From Bdellovibrionales bacterium (lineage in GTDB: Bacteria > Bdellovibrionota > Bdellovibrionia > Bdellovibrionales > Bdellovibrionaceae): a stretch of 64,000 nt of DNA. The first letter of the stretch is position 1; each line of letters begins with the position of its first letter. The translations under genes and the position numbers were made by a program. Below the pieces are notes generated by a model, which saw only the letters and a list, made by a program, of their open reading frames with translations, searched no databases and had not been told where the DNA came from. The stretch is taken from the NCBI GenBank assembly GCA_031370005.1, contig JANMPT010000092.1, forward strand, positions 1 through 64,000, given 5' to 3'. Positions 40,277-50,217 of this stretch are shown piece after piece.

Positions 40277-42442
40277 TCAGCGTGGCTTTTGCGGGGCAGA
40301 CCACAGAAAGATGTTATTATCTCCAGGTCGGGTTTGGTCTCCAATGAAAAGCACTGTGGATGAGTCGTTCAAAAATATTGCTTTCTGAATTGTCGCAGAC
40401 GGATACACTGGAGTATCCACTTGATAAGAGGGAAGCCCATTGAGTGGAATATAAAGCAGTTGAGACATAGGAGTGTTAATACTCATGCCCCGAATGACTG
40501 CAAGTATGTTTTGATTGTCTGGCGATATTGACACGCTTATCTGGCTCAAAGACGTGATACTCAAAGGCACGGAATTTATTTTTTTGCAAAGATGCTCATT
40601 TGTTCCTGAATATATATTTAATAATTTGGTATTAGTGTCAAAGCCCGCCATTAAAAAGTCGTGGGGACTTCTTTCCTTGATAAATGACATTGCTATTCCC
40701 GGACATAGCTCAGTAATGCTGCCGTCACTAACTGAAATGGAAACTGCATTTTTGCTTGTTTTGGCAGAATTACTTCTCAATCCAACATACGCTGTTGAGT
40801 CGGCTGTGAAAAATACAGAGGCGTAGCTCTGATTTCCATCTCTTATAAGTTGGCCCGATCCCCACATTGAAGGGGGTAAGTTGGTCGTTGTCCCTGTTTT
40901 TAAATTGATCAACATCGAGGATACGCCATCTTGTTCATTGACTAGCACTCCATAAAGACCCGATGGGCTTGTCGAGACCCAATCCCATCCAGCAGGAAGC
41001 TGCAATGACCAGGAACCATCCTCAGCGATGACATAATTTGCGGATGAACCATTTGTTATAGCCCAAACCGATAAAATACTTCCTGTATTTGGAGCGCATA
41101 TTTTTGCAGTATAAGACCAATTTGCCGGCAGTAGGGGAGTGATTTCTGTGAGATCGGTCCCATCAATATTATTACTGAAAATAGACCCACCATCAAAAAA
41201 TGCGACTTTATTCGGTGTCACATCAAAGTTAGCTACCACAGTGCTTGTAACATTTGGGGCCAATCCACGGATTAAACCGTCATTAATGCCAACTGAATAA
41301 AGTCCTACGCCGAACGGCGAAACTACTTGGGTCGTTCTGTTGTAGACGACATCGAGTCCGTCCTCAGAAATTTTAAAGACTCCTACATTACCATTGTCGA
41401 GGGAAATATGAGAGCTACCATCAGTGTTTATACTCATGAGCGGACTGGGCGAGATAAAGTCATCGACATATATAAGCTTATTTGAATTTGGGGTGAATGT
41501 GAACCCGCTATTTGTCGATGTTAAGTTAGTACTCACTTTAAATTGATTGTTTCCATCTATGTTTGAAATATATAGATACTCAAGGGCATTATTCCCAGTT
41601 CCCGTCTTTGATGTATAGGAAAAGTGATTTACATCAGGAGAGTTTTTAAAAAATAAAACATTGAAATCAACGATTTGTTTTGCCGGCCAAATATTTGGAT
41701 CCAAAGATCCTCCGAGACGACAATAGGTTTTTCTGGAAAGGTTCTTTCCATCGATTATGGCACTGAGCTCACCAATAAAAAGTCCTACCTGTGGTGCCGG
41801 CCGATCTCTACGGACAATCAATTCAAAACCCTTCCCATCCCTAATGGTCACCGTTTTATTGGCCACAACCCGTGCAACAGTAAAATCGGGAATTACTTGA
41901 TTGGTGAAATTTCCATCTGAAGCGGTCGTTGCATAGTAAGTTCTATTTACAGCTAAGTTTGAATCGCGGTCAAAATGTACAATGTTTTCAATTCCCGTTT
42001 GATCTACTTTGTCCCGACACCAAACCTCGACAAGGTTAGTTGGAATTGAAGTTGGCGTACTGCGAGCACCCTCAAATATCCCTTCTTGATAGCCAATGAT
42101 ATCATTTTGATAGATGGATGAGTCAATCGCGCTACGATCGAGGCTTTGCGTAACAGCCCCGCAGGCAAGTTTTTTATTCTCAATTAAAGTAATCGACGTA
42201 TCTGTGAAATTGATTTCCTTTACCGCTGCAACCTTGTTCTCACAGGTAAACCTTGGAGCAAAGCGATAGTACTGGTCTGACTGCATGCCGCCATATCCTG
42301 CGCCATTATTTGAGGAGGAGCTCGAGTTAGAAAATAATGTGGCCCGATTGCAATTTTGAAACAACACGAATACAGAGAATATACAAAACGTTATTGCCAG
42401 ATAACCAAAAAGCCGACCTTTAAGAAATTGTATGGCATTCAT
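40277..42442 (-). CDS. large exported FQNC-motif protein with TolB-like beta-propeller repeats
   Basis: Hydrophobic leader ending VLFQNC; repeated SPD/ISED/xDG blades. Confidence 0.75.
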   Translation of the reverse strand: MNAIQFLKGRLFGYLAITFCIFSVFVLFQNCNRATLFSNSSSSSNNGAGYGGMQSDQYYRFAPRFTCENKVAAVKEINFTDTSITLIENKKLACGAVTQSLDRSAIDSSIYQNDIIGYQEGIFEGARSTPTSIPTNLVEVWCRDKVDQTGIENIVHFDRDSNLAVNRTYYATTASDGNFTNQVIPDFTVARVVANKTVTIRDGKGFELIVRRDRPAPQVGLFIGELSAIIDGKNLSRKTYCRLGGSLDPNIWPAKQIVDFNVLFFKNSPDVNHFSYTSKTGTGNNALEYLYISNIDGNNQFKVSTNLTSTNSGFTFTPNSNKLIYVDDFISPSPLMSINTDGSSHISLDNGNVGVFKISEDGLDVVYNRTTQVVSPFGVGLYSVGINDGLIRGLAPNVTSTVVANFDVTPNKVAFFDGGSIFSNNIDGTDLTEITPLLPANWSYTAKICAPNTGSILSVWAITNGSSANYVIAEDGSWSLQLPAGWDWVSTSPSGLYGVLVNEQDGVSSMLINLKTGTTTNLPPSMWGSGQLIRDGNQSYASVFFTADSTAYVGLRSNSAKTSKNAVSISVSDGSITELCPGIAMSFIKERSPHDFLMAGFDTNTKLLNIYSGTNEHLCKKINSVPLSITSLSQISVSISPDNQNILAVIRGMSINTPMSQLLYIPLNGLPSYQVDTPVYPSATIQKAIFLNDSSTVLFIGDQTRPGDNNIFLWSAPQKPR

Positions 42443-43959
42443 GCAGTTGCCCTCTTTTTATTTCTGGGAATAAGAGCGTAGGTCGTTCCACGACCGCACC
42501 CTCTTTTTGTTACATAACCATTCTCAACGGCCTGGGTAATTAAGTTTAAAGCTGAGGCTCTGGAGATCTTCATTTTCTCTGAGACATTTTGTGCTGAAAA
42601 AGTTCGAGTACTAAAAAAGTAACGTAAATACGACAAATTTCCATCTTGCTTTGAAAGGGCTTTCGCACGTTGAACAAGAATACTTACCGGGGCATCGTCT
42701 AAAGGTATTAGGCAAAATTCACTTTTTTTCATTTTAACCCGAAGAGGAACATGCTGGTCTTCAAACCATTGATTAAGTCTCTTTATGAGCCCTAAGACTC
42801 GCTTTGGTGAGGAAAAAGGATCGAATTTTTCACCATTATAAATTTTTTGAAATATTAATCCAATATGGCTGGGCTTGTAAAAATCCAATGTAAGAGTCTC
42901 AAAAAGAGCAAGCAGCAAAGGTTTGGCATGAAGGCCTTCATTTTCGTTTTGTATGTCATAGGGATTAAATACAAATGCCTTTGTAAAGCCTTGAGACTTA
43001 CCAAGTTCGAGATGAAAATGCCCCTGTGACAAAATATTTTTACCAAAAAGGTGACGTGCTCGAGCGCGATAGCATTCAAACGGGGTTCCAATAATTACCT
43101 TTCGGAGGAGGTCCTCATTTTGAGTCAATATGGACTCAAAAAGATCGCACTCGCGAGCGGTTTCCCACTGGCCCGCGCCCTGAGACTTTTTGTTGAATGT
43201 TCTTAATTTTTCAAGTGATTCAGAATCTCTTAATTTGAAGGCCTCGCAAATTATTTTCCATTTCTCTGCAAATAGAAGAAATTCGCCGCCTTGTTTTTTG
43301 AGTAAATCAATTGCAGAATCTAATAAGGAAATTGCAGGATCGAAATTTTTATTAAAAAATTCAACTTGTGCCATTAGCTCATAACAATTGCCAAGTAATA
43401 GAAAATAATTATTTAGTAAACATTCGGACTTAATTTCCTGCAAAAGAGAGCTGGCCACATCATATTTGCAATCAACAACAAATGCGGCGGCTAAATTTAC
43501 TTTCCCAATAAGTCGTCGATAGGGTGTTAACTCACTTTGCGCTAAGAATTTTTCTAAGTACGGAATTGCTGCTGGATAGTTCCAAACTCTAAAGTGAACC
43601 AAGGATTTACGTAGCAATACTTCTGGCTCTTTCTGACTGTTTATTGATTCAAATATTGTAATGGCCTCATCAGCGGCACCCAAATTACCAAGCGCGGTAG
43701 CATATATAAACTTCTCCCTATCCGTTGGAGAGCTTGCGAGTGCATTTTTGGGAAATACGATTCTGTTTAAAAGCTTGAGCGTCAGGATAGGTTCGCCTAT
43801 TCGCCAGGCCAGTTCTGCTAACGGCCAAGCAAAATTTCTAGGGACTTGTTTAAGATAAAGCTTATTGGTCGCTCTTTTAACCTCATCATGATGGCCTTCG
43901 ACAACGTGCCTTTCCAATTGATCTATGATTGGCGCCCAGTCTGTTGGCTTTTTTCCCAT
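42439..43959 (-). CDS. TPR-like helical protein with C-terminal winged-helix domain(s); putative regulator
   Basis: TPR-like helices; C-terminal FSAQNVSEKMKISRASALNLI...GRGTTY wHTH; ATGA overlap with next gene. Confidence 0.7.
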   Translation of the reverse strand: MGKKPTDWAPIIDQLERHVVEGHHDEVKRATNKLYLKQVPRNFAWPLAELAWRIGEPILTLKLLNRIVFPKNALASSPTDREKFIYATALGNLGAADEAITIFESINSQKEPEVLLRKSLVHFRVWNYPAAIPYLEKFLAQSELTPYRRLIGKVNLAAAFVVDCKYDVASSLLQEIKSECLLNNYFLLLGNCYELMAQVEFFNKNFDPAISLLDSAIDLLKKQGGEFLLFAEKWKIICEAFKLRDSESLEKLRTFNKKSQGAGQWETARECDLFESILTQNEDLLRKVIIGTPFECYRARARHLFGKNILSQGHFHLELGKSQGFTKAFVFNPYDIQNENEGLHAKPLLLALFETLTLDFYKPSHIGLIFQKIYNGEKFDPFSSPKRVLGLIKRLNQWFEDQHVPLRVKMKKSEFCLIPLDDAPVSILVQRAKALSKQDGNLSYLRYFFSTRTFSAQNVSEKMKISRASALNLITQAVENGYVTKRGCGRGTTYALIPRNKKRATA

Positions 43960-43966
43960 ATGAATC

Positions 43967-43994
43967 TTATCGGCGAACTGAGACTAATTCTTAA
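43967..43994 (-). promoter_or_regulatory. sigma28 (FliA)-like promoter, probably leaderless transcript
   Basis: TTAAG-N15-GCCGATAA; ATG 7 nt downstream; no SD. Confidence 0.7.
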
Positions 43995-44193
43995 GGATCG
44001 AGAACATCGACATAGGACTATAACTATGCGAAATCACATGTAAATATCGGATTACCAAACAAATTATATTTTTAATCCGTGCTGCAGAGGTATCTTGTCG
44101 AAAACACAGGGCTTTTATCAGCTTCTGAACAATTTAAATGAGTCATTAAAGTTTCTGCCCTCCCTTATTCTGGATAAAGAAAAAGGAGGCCGT

Positions 44194-45114
44194 ATGTTTA
44201 TTATTAAGCCGCTGCAATATTCATTACTAGTGGGCCAGAGCTGTTTAGTAAAGAACAAGCTCGAGAGAGTTCCGGAGCCTCATAGGATCACTAACCAAAA
44301 AAGTAATGTCAGTGACTATAACAAAGCTATGGATACAGTTATGGTTGTATTTTATACTTTCGTCCTTGATCTGATTCGTCGGATTGCTAAAAGCTCTAAT
44401 CAGAGCAGTGCTCTTGATTTATGCTGCGGACCGGGACACATGACCCGTCTCATGGCAAAACACTTAGAATTTAAACGTGTTGTAGGGGTTGATTTATCGG
44501 ATCCAATGTTGGCCGTAGCCAGGGGAAATGCGGCGAGTGAAAATCTGACAGAGAAAATTAGATATATAAAATCTGACGTTACCTCTTTAGTGGAATTAAA
44601 TTCAGGCGAATTTGATTTGGTCACCTTCATGGATGGCGCCCACCACATGGCCACTCTGGCCGATGTTCAAAAAATATTGACTGAGGCCGAACGAGTAGCA
44701 AAACCAAGTGGAACAATTATTTTAGTAGATCCGATACGGCCTAAATCAAAAAAAATATTAGAGCGCTATCACAGAGTTGGTGGCGCTTCTTATAAAGAAC
44801 AAGGCCTTGAAAATTTATACTCTGACTTTTACGACTCGCTTTATGCTAGCTGGACGACTGATGAGCTTAAAACTGTGACGCCTAGTCATTCGAAGCGTCG
44901 ATGGCTTCAAATTGCTCCCTTTGGATTCTCCTCGTTTCAAATACTAGTGGGCCTGCCTGAGGGGCGAAATGAATTATTTGTTCAAGAGGGCTTGTCAAAG
45001 GCACTAACCACAAACATGATACCAAAAAAGTTTAGCGCAGATTGGCGTTTGCTAAAGTTCTCCTTTAGTCTAGCAAGCATCAAACAAATTTCGGAACCAA
45101 AAAGTCGGGCATAG
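44194..45114 (+). CDS. class I SAM-dependent methyltransferase
   Basis: ALDLCCGPGH, GVDLSDPML, FDLV, AHH; AGGAGG RBS before ATG 44194. Confidence 0.88.
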   Translation: MFIIKPLQYSLLVGQSCLVKNKLERVPEPHRITNQKSNVSDYNKAMDTVMVVFYTFVLDLIRRIAKSSNQSSALDLCCGPGHMTRLMAKHLEFKRVVGVDLSDPMLAVARGNAASENLTEKIRYIKSDVTSLVELNSGEFDLVTFMDGAHHMATLADVQKILTEAERVAKPSGTIILVDPIRPKSKKILERYHRVGGASYKEQGLENLYSDFYDSLYASWTTDELKTVTPSHSKRRWLQIAPFGFSSFQILVGLPEGRNELFVQEGLSKALTTNMIPKKFSADWRLLKFSFSLASIKQISEPKSRA

Positions 45115-45207
45115 TGATGTATTCTTATAGCCAACGTTAAGGGCAAGTGGGAGATGAAATCTATAATAATGGGTGAAAGTTTAGCCATTAATGTCTAAAC
45201 TAATATT

Positions 45208-46677
45208 GTGAGGCCAATAGGGACGTTTTTATTTATAGTTTTGCAGTTATCTGTTCGTGTTTACGCCACAGACGTTTGGATTCACGCTGTCGGCATCAAC
45301 GAGACAAGGGTCCAGCAAAATTATGGCTCGTTTTATAAGAGCGCCCAGGACTTTGAAAATCAATGTGCAAGTTCGAATAAGAAGCCAGAGTGTATTCTTT
45401 TTCTGAACAACAGTCCGAAGCTTCGAGCTTACGATGAGGCCAATTCTTTTAAGCTACCACACAACCAGGGCAGCCCCACTGCCAAATCCCTAAAAAAATT
45501 AATCAGCGAGAAGTTAGAAAATGCTAAAAGTGGAGACACCCTTGTTATTAGTTTGCAGAACCACGGGGCTCCAGTTTCAGGCCAGAGCCCAGCGTGCATT
45601 TGGTTGAGTGCCTCAGACTTCATTTGTGAAAACGATTTAAAAAATATTTTGTTAAAAAAGCCAGCGGGAGTAAAAGTCTTTATTAATGCCGATTCCTGTT
45701 TCTCAGGGGCTTTCGCAGAGCTGGCAACTTCCGAAATATGTACGGCATCGATGTCTGATCGGCTAAACTTTGGAAGGATGGGGCGCAGAAATTTATGGAA
45801 TTCTGTTCTTGAACGCCATCCGCAAAATCTATCAGATTTATCGGAGCCAATTTTCAATGAGTCTGGTACAGAGCGATTGCTCGGGTCACAGCTAATGCTT
45901 CAGCAGCTTTGCCAAGGAGCTCGGAAAAAAAATGGCAGCAAATTATCGGTCTCAAATCTATCTTTCGTTGCAAATCTTCCGATATTGGATAATCCAAAGG
46001 ACTGTCGCGATGTGGATCTTACTTCGGGAAAGTTGGCAGCTGTCGCCAAACAGGTGTTCTCTGTATTGGCGAAAAGTGCCCAGCCATGCGAGAGCTTAAA
46101 TTTGCCGAAGCCGGTTTGCGATGCGAGCGGGCGAATCATGCGGTCTGACTCCAGTATTAAAAAAAACATACATGAACTTGAGATGATAGCGAATAAAGAA
46201 ATGGAAATTGGCAGCTGGGTTGGTAAAAATGCTGCAGCTATTTCTATTAATGCCCGGAAGGTGAAAGAACAAATGAGGCATCTTTCAGCCGGTGAAATAT
46301 ATGAGTTGAGTGACAGTTTTGCACTTGGCCAAGAGCCACAATGGGGTAAGTTTTCGAAAAAAAACCTAAGTATTGCAAAAAACGTTTGGGATCAATCTAA
46401 AGGCTTTACTTATGCTATCCGAGATGCGAATCAACTTAAAAAACAAACGGACGCGATAATTATAAAGTTGAAGAAAAGTAAAACATACGAGGACTTGCTT
46501 ACAGTTCAAAATTGTTTGTTTGAAAATCAGCCAGAGACAATAGCGGGGCAAAAAAATAAAGAGGATGCTGAGACCCTTCAATATAGTCGAAGTATTGCGA
46601 ATCAATTTCCCCAAAAAAAATTCACTATTAATGACTATGAGGACGCACGTAAATGCGAAGCATCTATACGATTTTAA
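45208..46677 (+). CDS. secreted clan CD (caspase/legumain-like) cysteine protease
   Basis: Signal peptide; LVISLQNHG and VFINADSCFSG His/Cys dyad motifs. Confidence 0.72.
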   Translation: MRPIGTFLFIVLQLSVRVYATDVWIHAVGINETRVQQNYGSFYKSAQDFENQCASSNKKPECILFLNNSPKLRAYDEANSFKLPHNQGSPTAKSLKKLISEKLENAKSGDTLVISLQNHGAPVSGQSPACIWLSASDFICENDLKNILLKKPAGVKVFINADSCFSGAFAELATSEICTASMSDRLNFGRMGRRNLWNSVLERHPQNLSDLSEPIFNESGTERLLGSQLMLQQLCQGARKKNGSKLSVSNLSFVANLPILDNPKDCRDVDLTSGKLAAVAKQVFSVLAKSAQPCESLNLPKPVCDASGRIMRSDSSIKKNIHELEMIANKEMEIGSWVGKNAAAISINARKVKEQMRHLSAGEIYELSDSFALGQEPQWGKFSKKNLSIAKNVWDQSKGFTYAIRDANQLKKQTDAIIIKLKKSKTYEDLLTVQNCLFENQPETIAGQKNKEDAETLQYSRSIANQFPQKKFTINDYEDARKCEASIRF

Positions 46678-47030
46678 TTCTTGCGCCGATATTTTTTACT
46701 TTGAACGTCTTTGCGAAAAGCACTGTCTATCAAGCGCGAGGATTAATGAAAGACCACTGCTATGATGAAATAGCCGCGTTGTCTTGCAAAACAGAATGCG
46801 TACTATCATTATTTCCATCGACACAGGCAGAGTTAAATTTAGCGGTTGGCCAAATTTCAAAAAAAAATAGAAATGCCATGGGTCACATTTTTCGAACTAA
46901 GTTTCATGTGCTAAATCTCGAGGGCGACAAGGTTGAAGTTCTCAGTTTAAAACATCAATCATTAGAGACGCTAAAAAAAAGGATTAGCAGTTCTAGTGGT
47001 TTGGTGTTTGGCCGCCCTTGCTCTATTTAG
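46653..47030 (+). CDS. small secreted protein
   Basis: Signal peptide ending VFA; 4 Cys; overlaps the protease stop. Confidence 0.6.
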   Translation: MRSIYTILILAPIFFTLNVFAKSTVYQARGLMKDHCYDEIAALSCKTECVLSLFPSTQAELNLAVGQISKKNRNAMGHIFRTKFHVLNLEGDKVEVLSLKHQSLETLKKRISSSSGLVFGRPCSI

Positions 47031-47133
47031 GTCAGTGGATGGCTTTTTAAGTTGGCTTTTTTGTTTTTTCGATGCCAATGTTTATCAAATAAATATCAAA
47101 CAGATAAGGCAACATCTGTAATAAGGTAAGATT

Positions 47134-47943
47134 ATGAAAAATGCATTAATATTGGGTTTCATGTTTTGCGGATCTCTAAGCTGCTTTGCGGATGTTTTTT
47201 TACCGAAAGTAGCTTATCAAAATTTCAAATGCCAAAAAGAAGCCGAAAAAGTGCTCCGAGTTGTTTTTGCAGAAAATGAACCTAAATGGGAAAGGGTTGC
47301 TGATGCTGATTTTGAAACTCAGGCGTTTCGTGCGCCAACGTCTAAAACTGGCGAGTGGTATGAGTTTCACATCTCCGAAAATAATACTCCGGAATTGTTT
47401 TTTTACTCCTTAGCAAAAACCAGCACTTCCCAGTGGACTAAATCCTGCAAGCTACTTACCAAACAGGGCCCGGGCTTCGAGTTTTTCAAAGCAGCTCCAG
47501 GAGATAAAGAAGCATCTTTTACGGATCAAGATTTGGCGAAGCTTATTCATAGCAAGAAAAATGCAGTGATATACCTTTGGTCGCCACGAATGGTTTATTC
47601 TGTAACCGAGTTCGCACGCCTGCGTGCCGTAATTGAAAAAAGAAAGATGGAGTTCGTTCCTGTTCTCGACCCTATGGTTGAGACAGCAGAAGCCCGAGCG
47701 GCCATGAAAAAAGCGGGTGTTGAGCTGGGAGTTAAAATAGCAGCTTTGAGTCGCGAGCCCTCCTCTGTGAGTTTTTATAAAAGACTAAGCTCTGTTGATC
47801 TTTATATGAGAAATGGAACTCTTCACTTCCCGACAATGTTTGTGGTTTCTAAGGGTAAAATTCACCCACGAAGAATTGTAGGAATTCTGTCTGATGATGG
47901 TCTCAATAAATCTCTGGATGAATGGATGGCGGAAATCAAATGA
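47134..47943 (+). CDS. secreted protein with C-terminal thioredoxin-like fold lacking CxxC
   Basis: Signal peptide; VIYLWSPRMVYS at the WCxxC position; HFPTMFVV cis-Pro loop. Confidence 0.6.
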   Translation: MKNALILGFMFCGSLSCFADVFLPKVAYQNFKCQKEAEKVLRVVFAENEPKWERVADADFETQAFRAPTSKTGEWYEFHISENNTPELFFYSLAKTSTSQWTKSCKLLTKQGPGFEFFKAAPGDKEASFTDQDLAKLIHSKKNAVIYLWSPRMVYSVTEFARLRAVIEKRKMEFVPVLDPMVETAEARAAMKKAGVELGVKIAALSREPSSVSFYKRLSSVDLYMRNGTLHFPTMFVVSKGKIHPRRIVGILSDDGLNKSLDEWMAEIK

Positions 47944-49130
47944 AACAAACACTAGTTATTTTTATGTTCCTGTTAATAGCTAAGATTGGGTTAGCAAAAT
48001 GTATTCCTGCAAACGAGTATATTCCATTTGTTGGCCAAGCATCAATACCTGACGAAACAGGCAATGTGCCCCTTGGAATGTACTCGCGAATTAGTCCGGA
48101 TGGCCGCTTTGTGATGCGTTCTTTTTCTGGAGATAACTTAAGTGCCGTAACTTTGATGGAAATTATAAAACTGGCCGATGGGACAAGGGGCGCAAGGGCC
48201 TATCAAACAGATTTTAACAATGAGGCCTTTCCTGTGCAGGGAACTTGGCGCTTCCTCGTTGATCTCGATGGGTCACATTATCGCGTGGAGGATTTAGTAA
48301 GGAACCAAAAAAATGCCAAACGACAGTTTAGAGGCGGAATTTCCGGATTCTACACTGCTGCTGCCGAAGTGCCCGGCGCTATAGATCAAAAAATCATGAT
48401 TCGTTCTTTATCATGGCCCAATACGGGTGGACAAGATGGGGATGATCCGCAAGGGGTTGGTCAGCTAACGAATGAACTTGTCACTGTGAAAAAAAATTCA
48501 GACGGCAGCTACGACAAAACGGATAGCCATGGTCCGTTCACTATGTGTGGGAATCTGCGCAGGACAGATGGTTGGCTTTTTTCTCTGCCAATGATATCAA
48601 CTGATGGAGTCGAATTCTCGGCCTTGCCACAAAATCCAAAAGATGGACAAGTCACGATTCGAATTTATCGTTTCGCGGCAAATAATAAGGACTGTGAGCC
48701 GGTGGACAATTTAAAGGTTCCGGCATCAAAAGCAATTTTTGGATTTCCGCAGAGCGGGGGGAAAGCTCCCGTGGTTTTTCTTTCAAGTAGCATTAGAGGG
48801 AACACTCCGGTTTATGGCATTCATCTTTATGATCGCAATCTTAAAAGAACCTTCTTCTTAGGAGATCCTTCGAAACTGATTCGTCCTGACTCTTTTCCAG
48901 GAATGACAAAAGATGGACGCATTATCTACGGAGCCAAATGGAAAGAGTGCAAGAATTGCAGTGACAAGACAGGTTATGTAATCACAGATTTTTACCAATC
49001 AGAGGATGTGAAAAAATTTAAAAGAAATTTCCCTGATCAAGCCAAGGCGCTGAAGGCATGCGTCACTGAAGAGGACGTAGCAAAAGTAAAGGCTGAACAG
49101 GACCTTATTTATGGACTTCTGCACAAATAA
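47940..49130 (+). CDS. secreted beta-propeller-like protein
   Basis: Signal peptide; RISPDGRF, ISTDG, MTKDGR blade motifs; ATGA overlap. Confidence 0.65.
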   Translation: MKQTLVIFMFLLIAKIGLAKCIPANEYIPFVGQASIPDETGNVPLGMYSRISPDGRFVMRSFSGDNLSAVTLMEIIKLADGTRGARAYQTDFNNEAFPVQGTWRFLVDLDGSHYRVEDLVRNQKNAKRQFRGGISGFYTAAAEVPGAIDQKIMIRSLSWPNTGGQDGDDPQGVGQLTNELVTVKKNSDGSYDKTDSHGPFTMCGNLRRTDGWLFSLPMISTDGVEFSALPQNPKDGQVTIRIYRFAANNKDCEPVDNLKVPASKAIFGFPQSGGKAPVVFLSSSIRGNTPVYGIHLYDRNLKRTFFLGDPSKLIRPDSFPGMTKDGRIIYGAKWKECKNCSDKTGYVITDFYQSEDVKKFKRNFPDQAKALKACVTEEDVAKVKAEQDLIYGLLHK

Positions 49131-49395
49131 AGATCTTGTTCAAGCACACAAGCAATAGTTAATTCTTTTTCTGGTAAAATTATTTTTAACAACACACATG
49201 ATTTTTAACATAAACTGGACCTAATTTATTTATGTACGGTCGATTTATCAAGGAAACATGGACTTAACTCATAGTGTTTTAAAATTACGATTAAATTATC
49301 ACTGATAGGGTTTTATTGCTTAGAAAATAAGCGTAAACTTACAGTTGGTTGTTGGTTGTTAACTAATGACGAACGCAAAACAGGGATGGTGGAAA

Positions 49396-49731
49396 ATGAA
49401 ACAAATAAAAGCACTCTCAGACTTTTTAAAAGAAAAACGAACCCAAGTAGGACTCTCGCAGAAAGATGTAGCTGATAAGCTAGGATATAGTTCTGCCCAA
49501 TTTATTTCTAATTGGGAGAGGGGCTTGTCAAGCCCACCGATGCATACATTAAAGAAGCTCGCGGAAATGTATAATGTAAATGTGGATGAAATGTTTGATG
49601 TGATCTTGGCGTCAACAATTGAGCAGGTCACGGTTGACTTACAGAAAAAATTCTATAGTCACACTCGCAAAGTCGCAGGTGGGGCTGCGGATGTAGATAC
49701 GAGTCCAAGCAGCGGCGGGGTTGTGCGGTAG
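49396..49731 (+). CDS. XRE-family HTH transcriptional regulator
   Basis: LSQKDVADKLGYSSAQFISNWERGLSSP. Confidence 0.9.
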   Translation: MKQIKALSDFLKEKRTQVGLSQKDVADKLGYSSAQFISNWERGLSSPPMHTLKKLAEMYNVNVDEMFDVILASTIEQVTVDLQKKFYSHTRKVAGGAADVDTSPSSGGVVR

Positions 49732-49749
49732 TCTTGAGTTAAGCGCAAT

Positions 49750-49786
49750 GCAAAAAAGAGCCACCGATGTGGTGGCTCTTTTTTGC
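49750..49786. terminator. bidirectional intrinsic terminator
   Basis: Perfect 16-bp inverted repeat GCAAAAAAGAGCCACC-GATGT-GGTGGCTCTTTTTTGC between convergent genes. Confidence 0.9.
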
Positions 49787-49788
49787 TC

Positions 49789-50202
49789 CTAGTCCTCTTC
49801 CTCATCAGAAGAGTCTTCGTCGTCGTCCTCATCGTCATCGTCGTCATCGTCGTCATCCTCGTCATCCTCGTCTTCATCAAGAGCTTCTGTTGCCTCTACG
49901 CGAATAAGCCATCCCTCTTCTAAGGGATCCTCTTGGATAAGAGTTGGATCGTCAATTACGGCCGCATTTACTTCGATTACAGTACCTGAAACTGGCGAGT
50001 AAATATCCATAGGACCATCGTCAGTTTCAATAGTTCCGCAAACTTCGTCTGCTTCGATTTTATCGTGTTCTGCCGGAAGATCGACGGATGTAATTTCATC
50101 AAAATCAGCAAGACCTTCTTCGTTGACCCCAATGGTGATAATCCCATCCTCTTCCTGAATCCACAGATAGCCCATAAAATTTCTTACATCGTTGGACGGC
50201 AT
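49789..50202 (-). CDS. GcvH-fold protein lacking the lipoyl lysine, with an acidic tail
   Basis: IGVN, GTIETDDGPMDIYSPVSGTVIEVN, DPLEEGWLIRV; C-terminal D/E run. Confidence 0.85.
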   Translation of the reverse strand: MPSNDVRNFMGYLWIQEEDGIITIGVNEEGLADFDEITSVDLPAEHDKIEADEVCGTIETDDGPMDIYSPVSGTVIEVNAAVIDDPTLIQEDPLEEGWLIRVEATEALDEDEDDEDDDDDDDDDEDDDEDSSDEEED

Positions 50203-50217
50203 AAATAACTCCTAAAT

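Noticed and set aside
49182..49210. ATTTTTAACA direct repeat upstream of the XRE gene
   Set aside because: Only two copies in very AT-rich DNA; could be an operator but is not distinguishable from chance.
49790..49880. TCG/TCA/TCC trinucleotide-like repeat
   Set aside because: Encodes the Asp/Glu tail of the GcvH-like protein; not a CRISPR or independent repeat.
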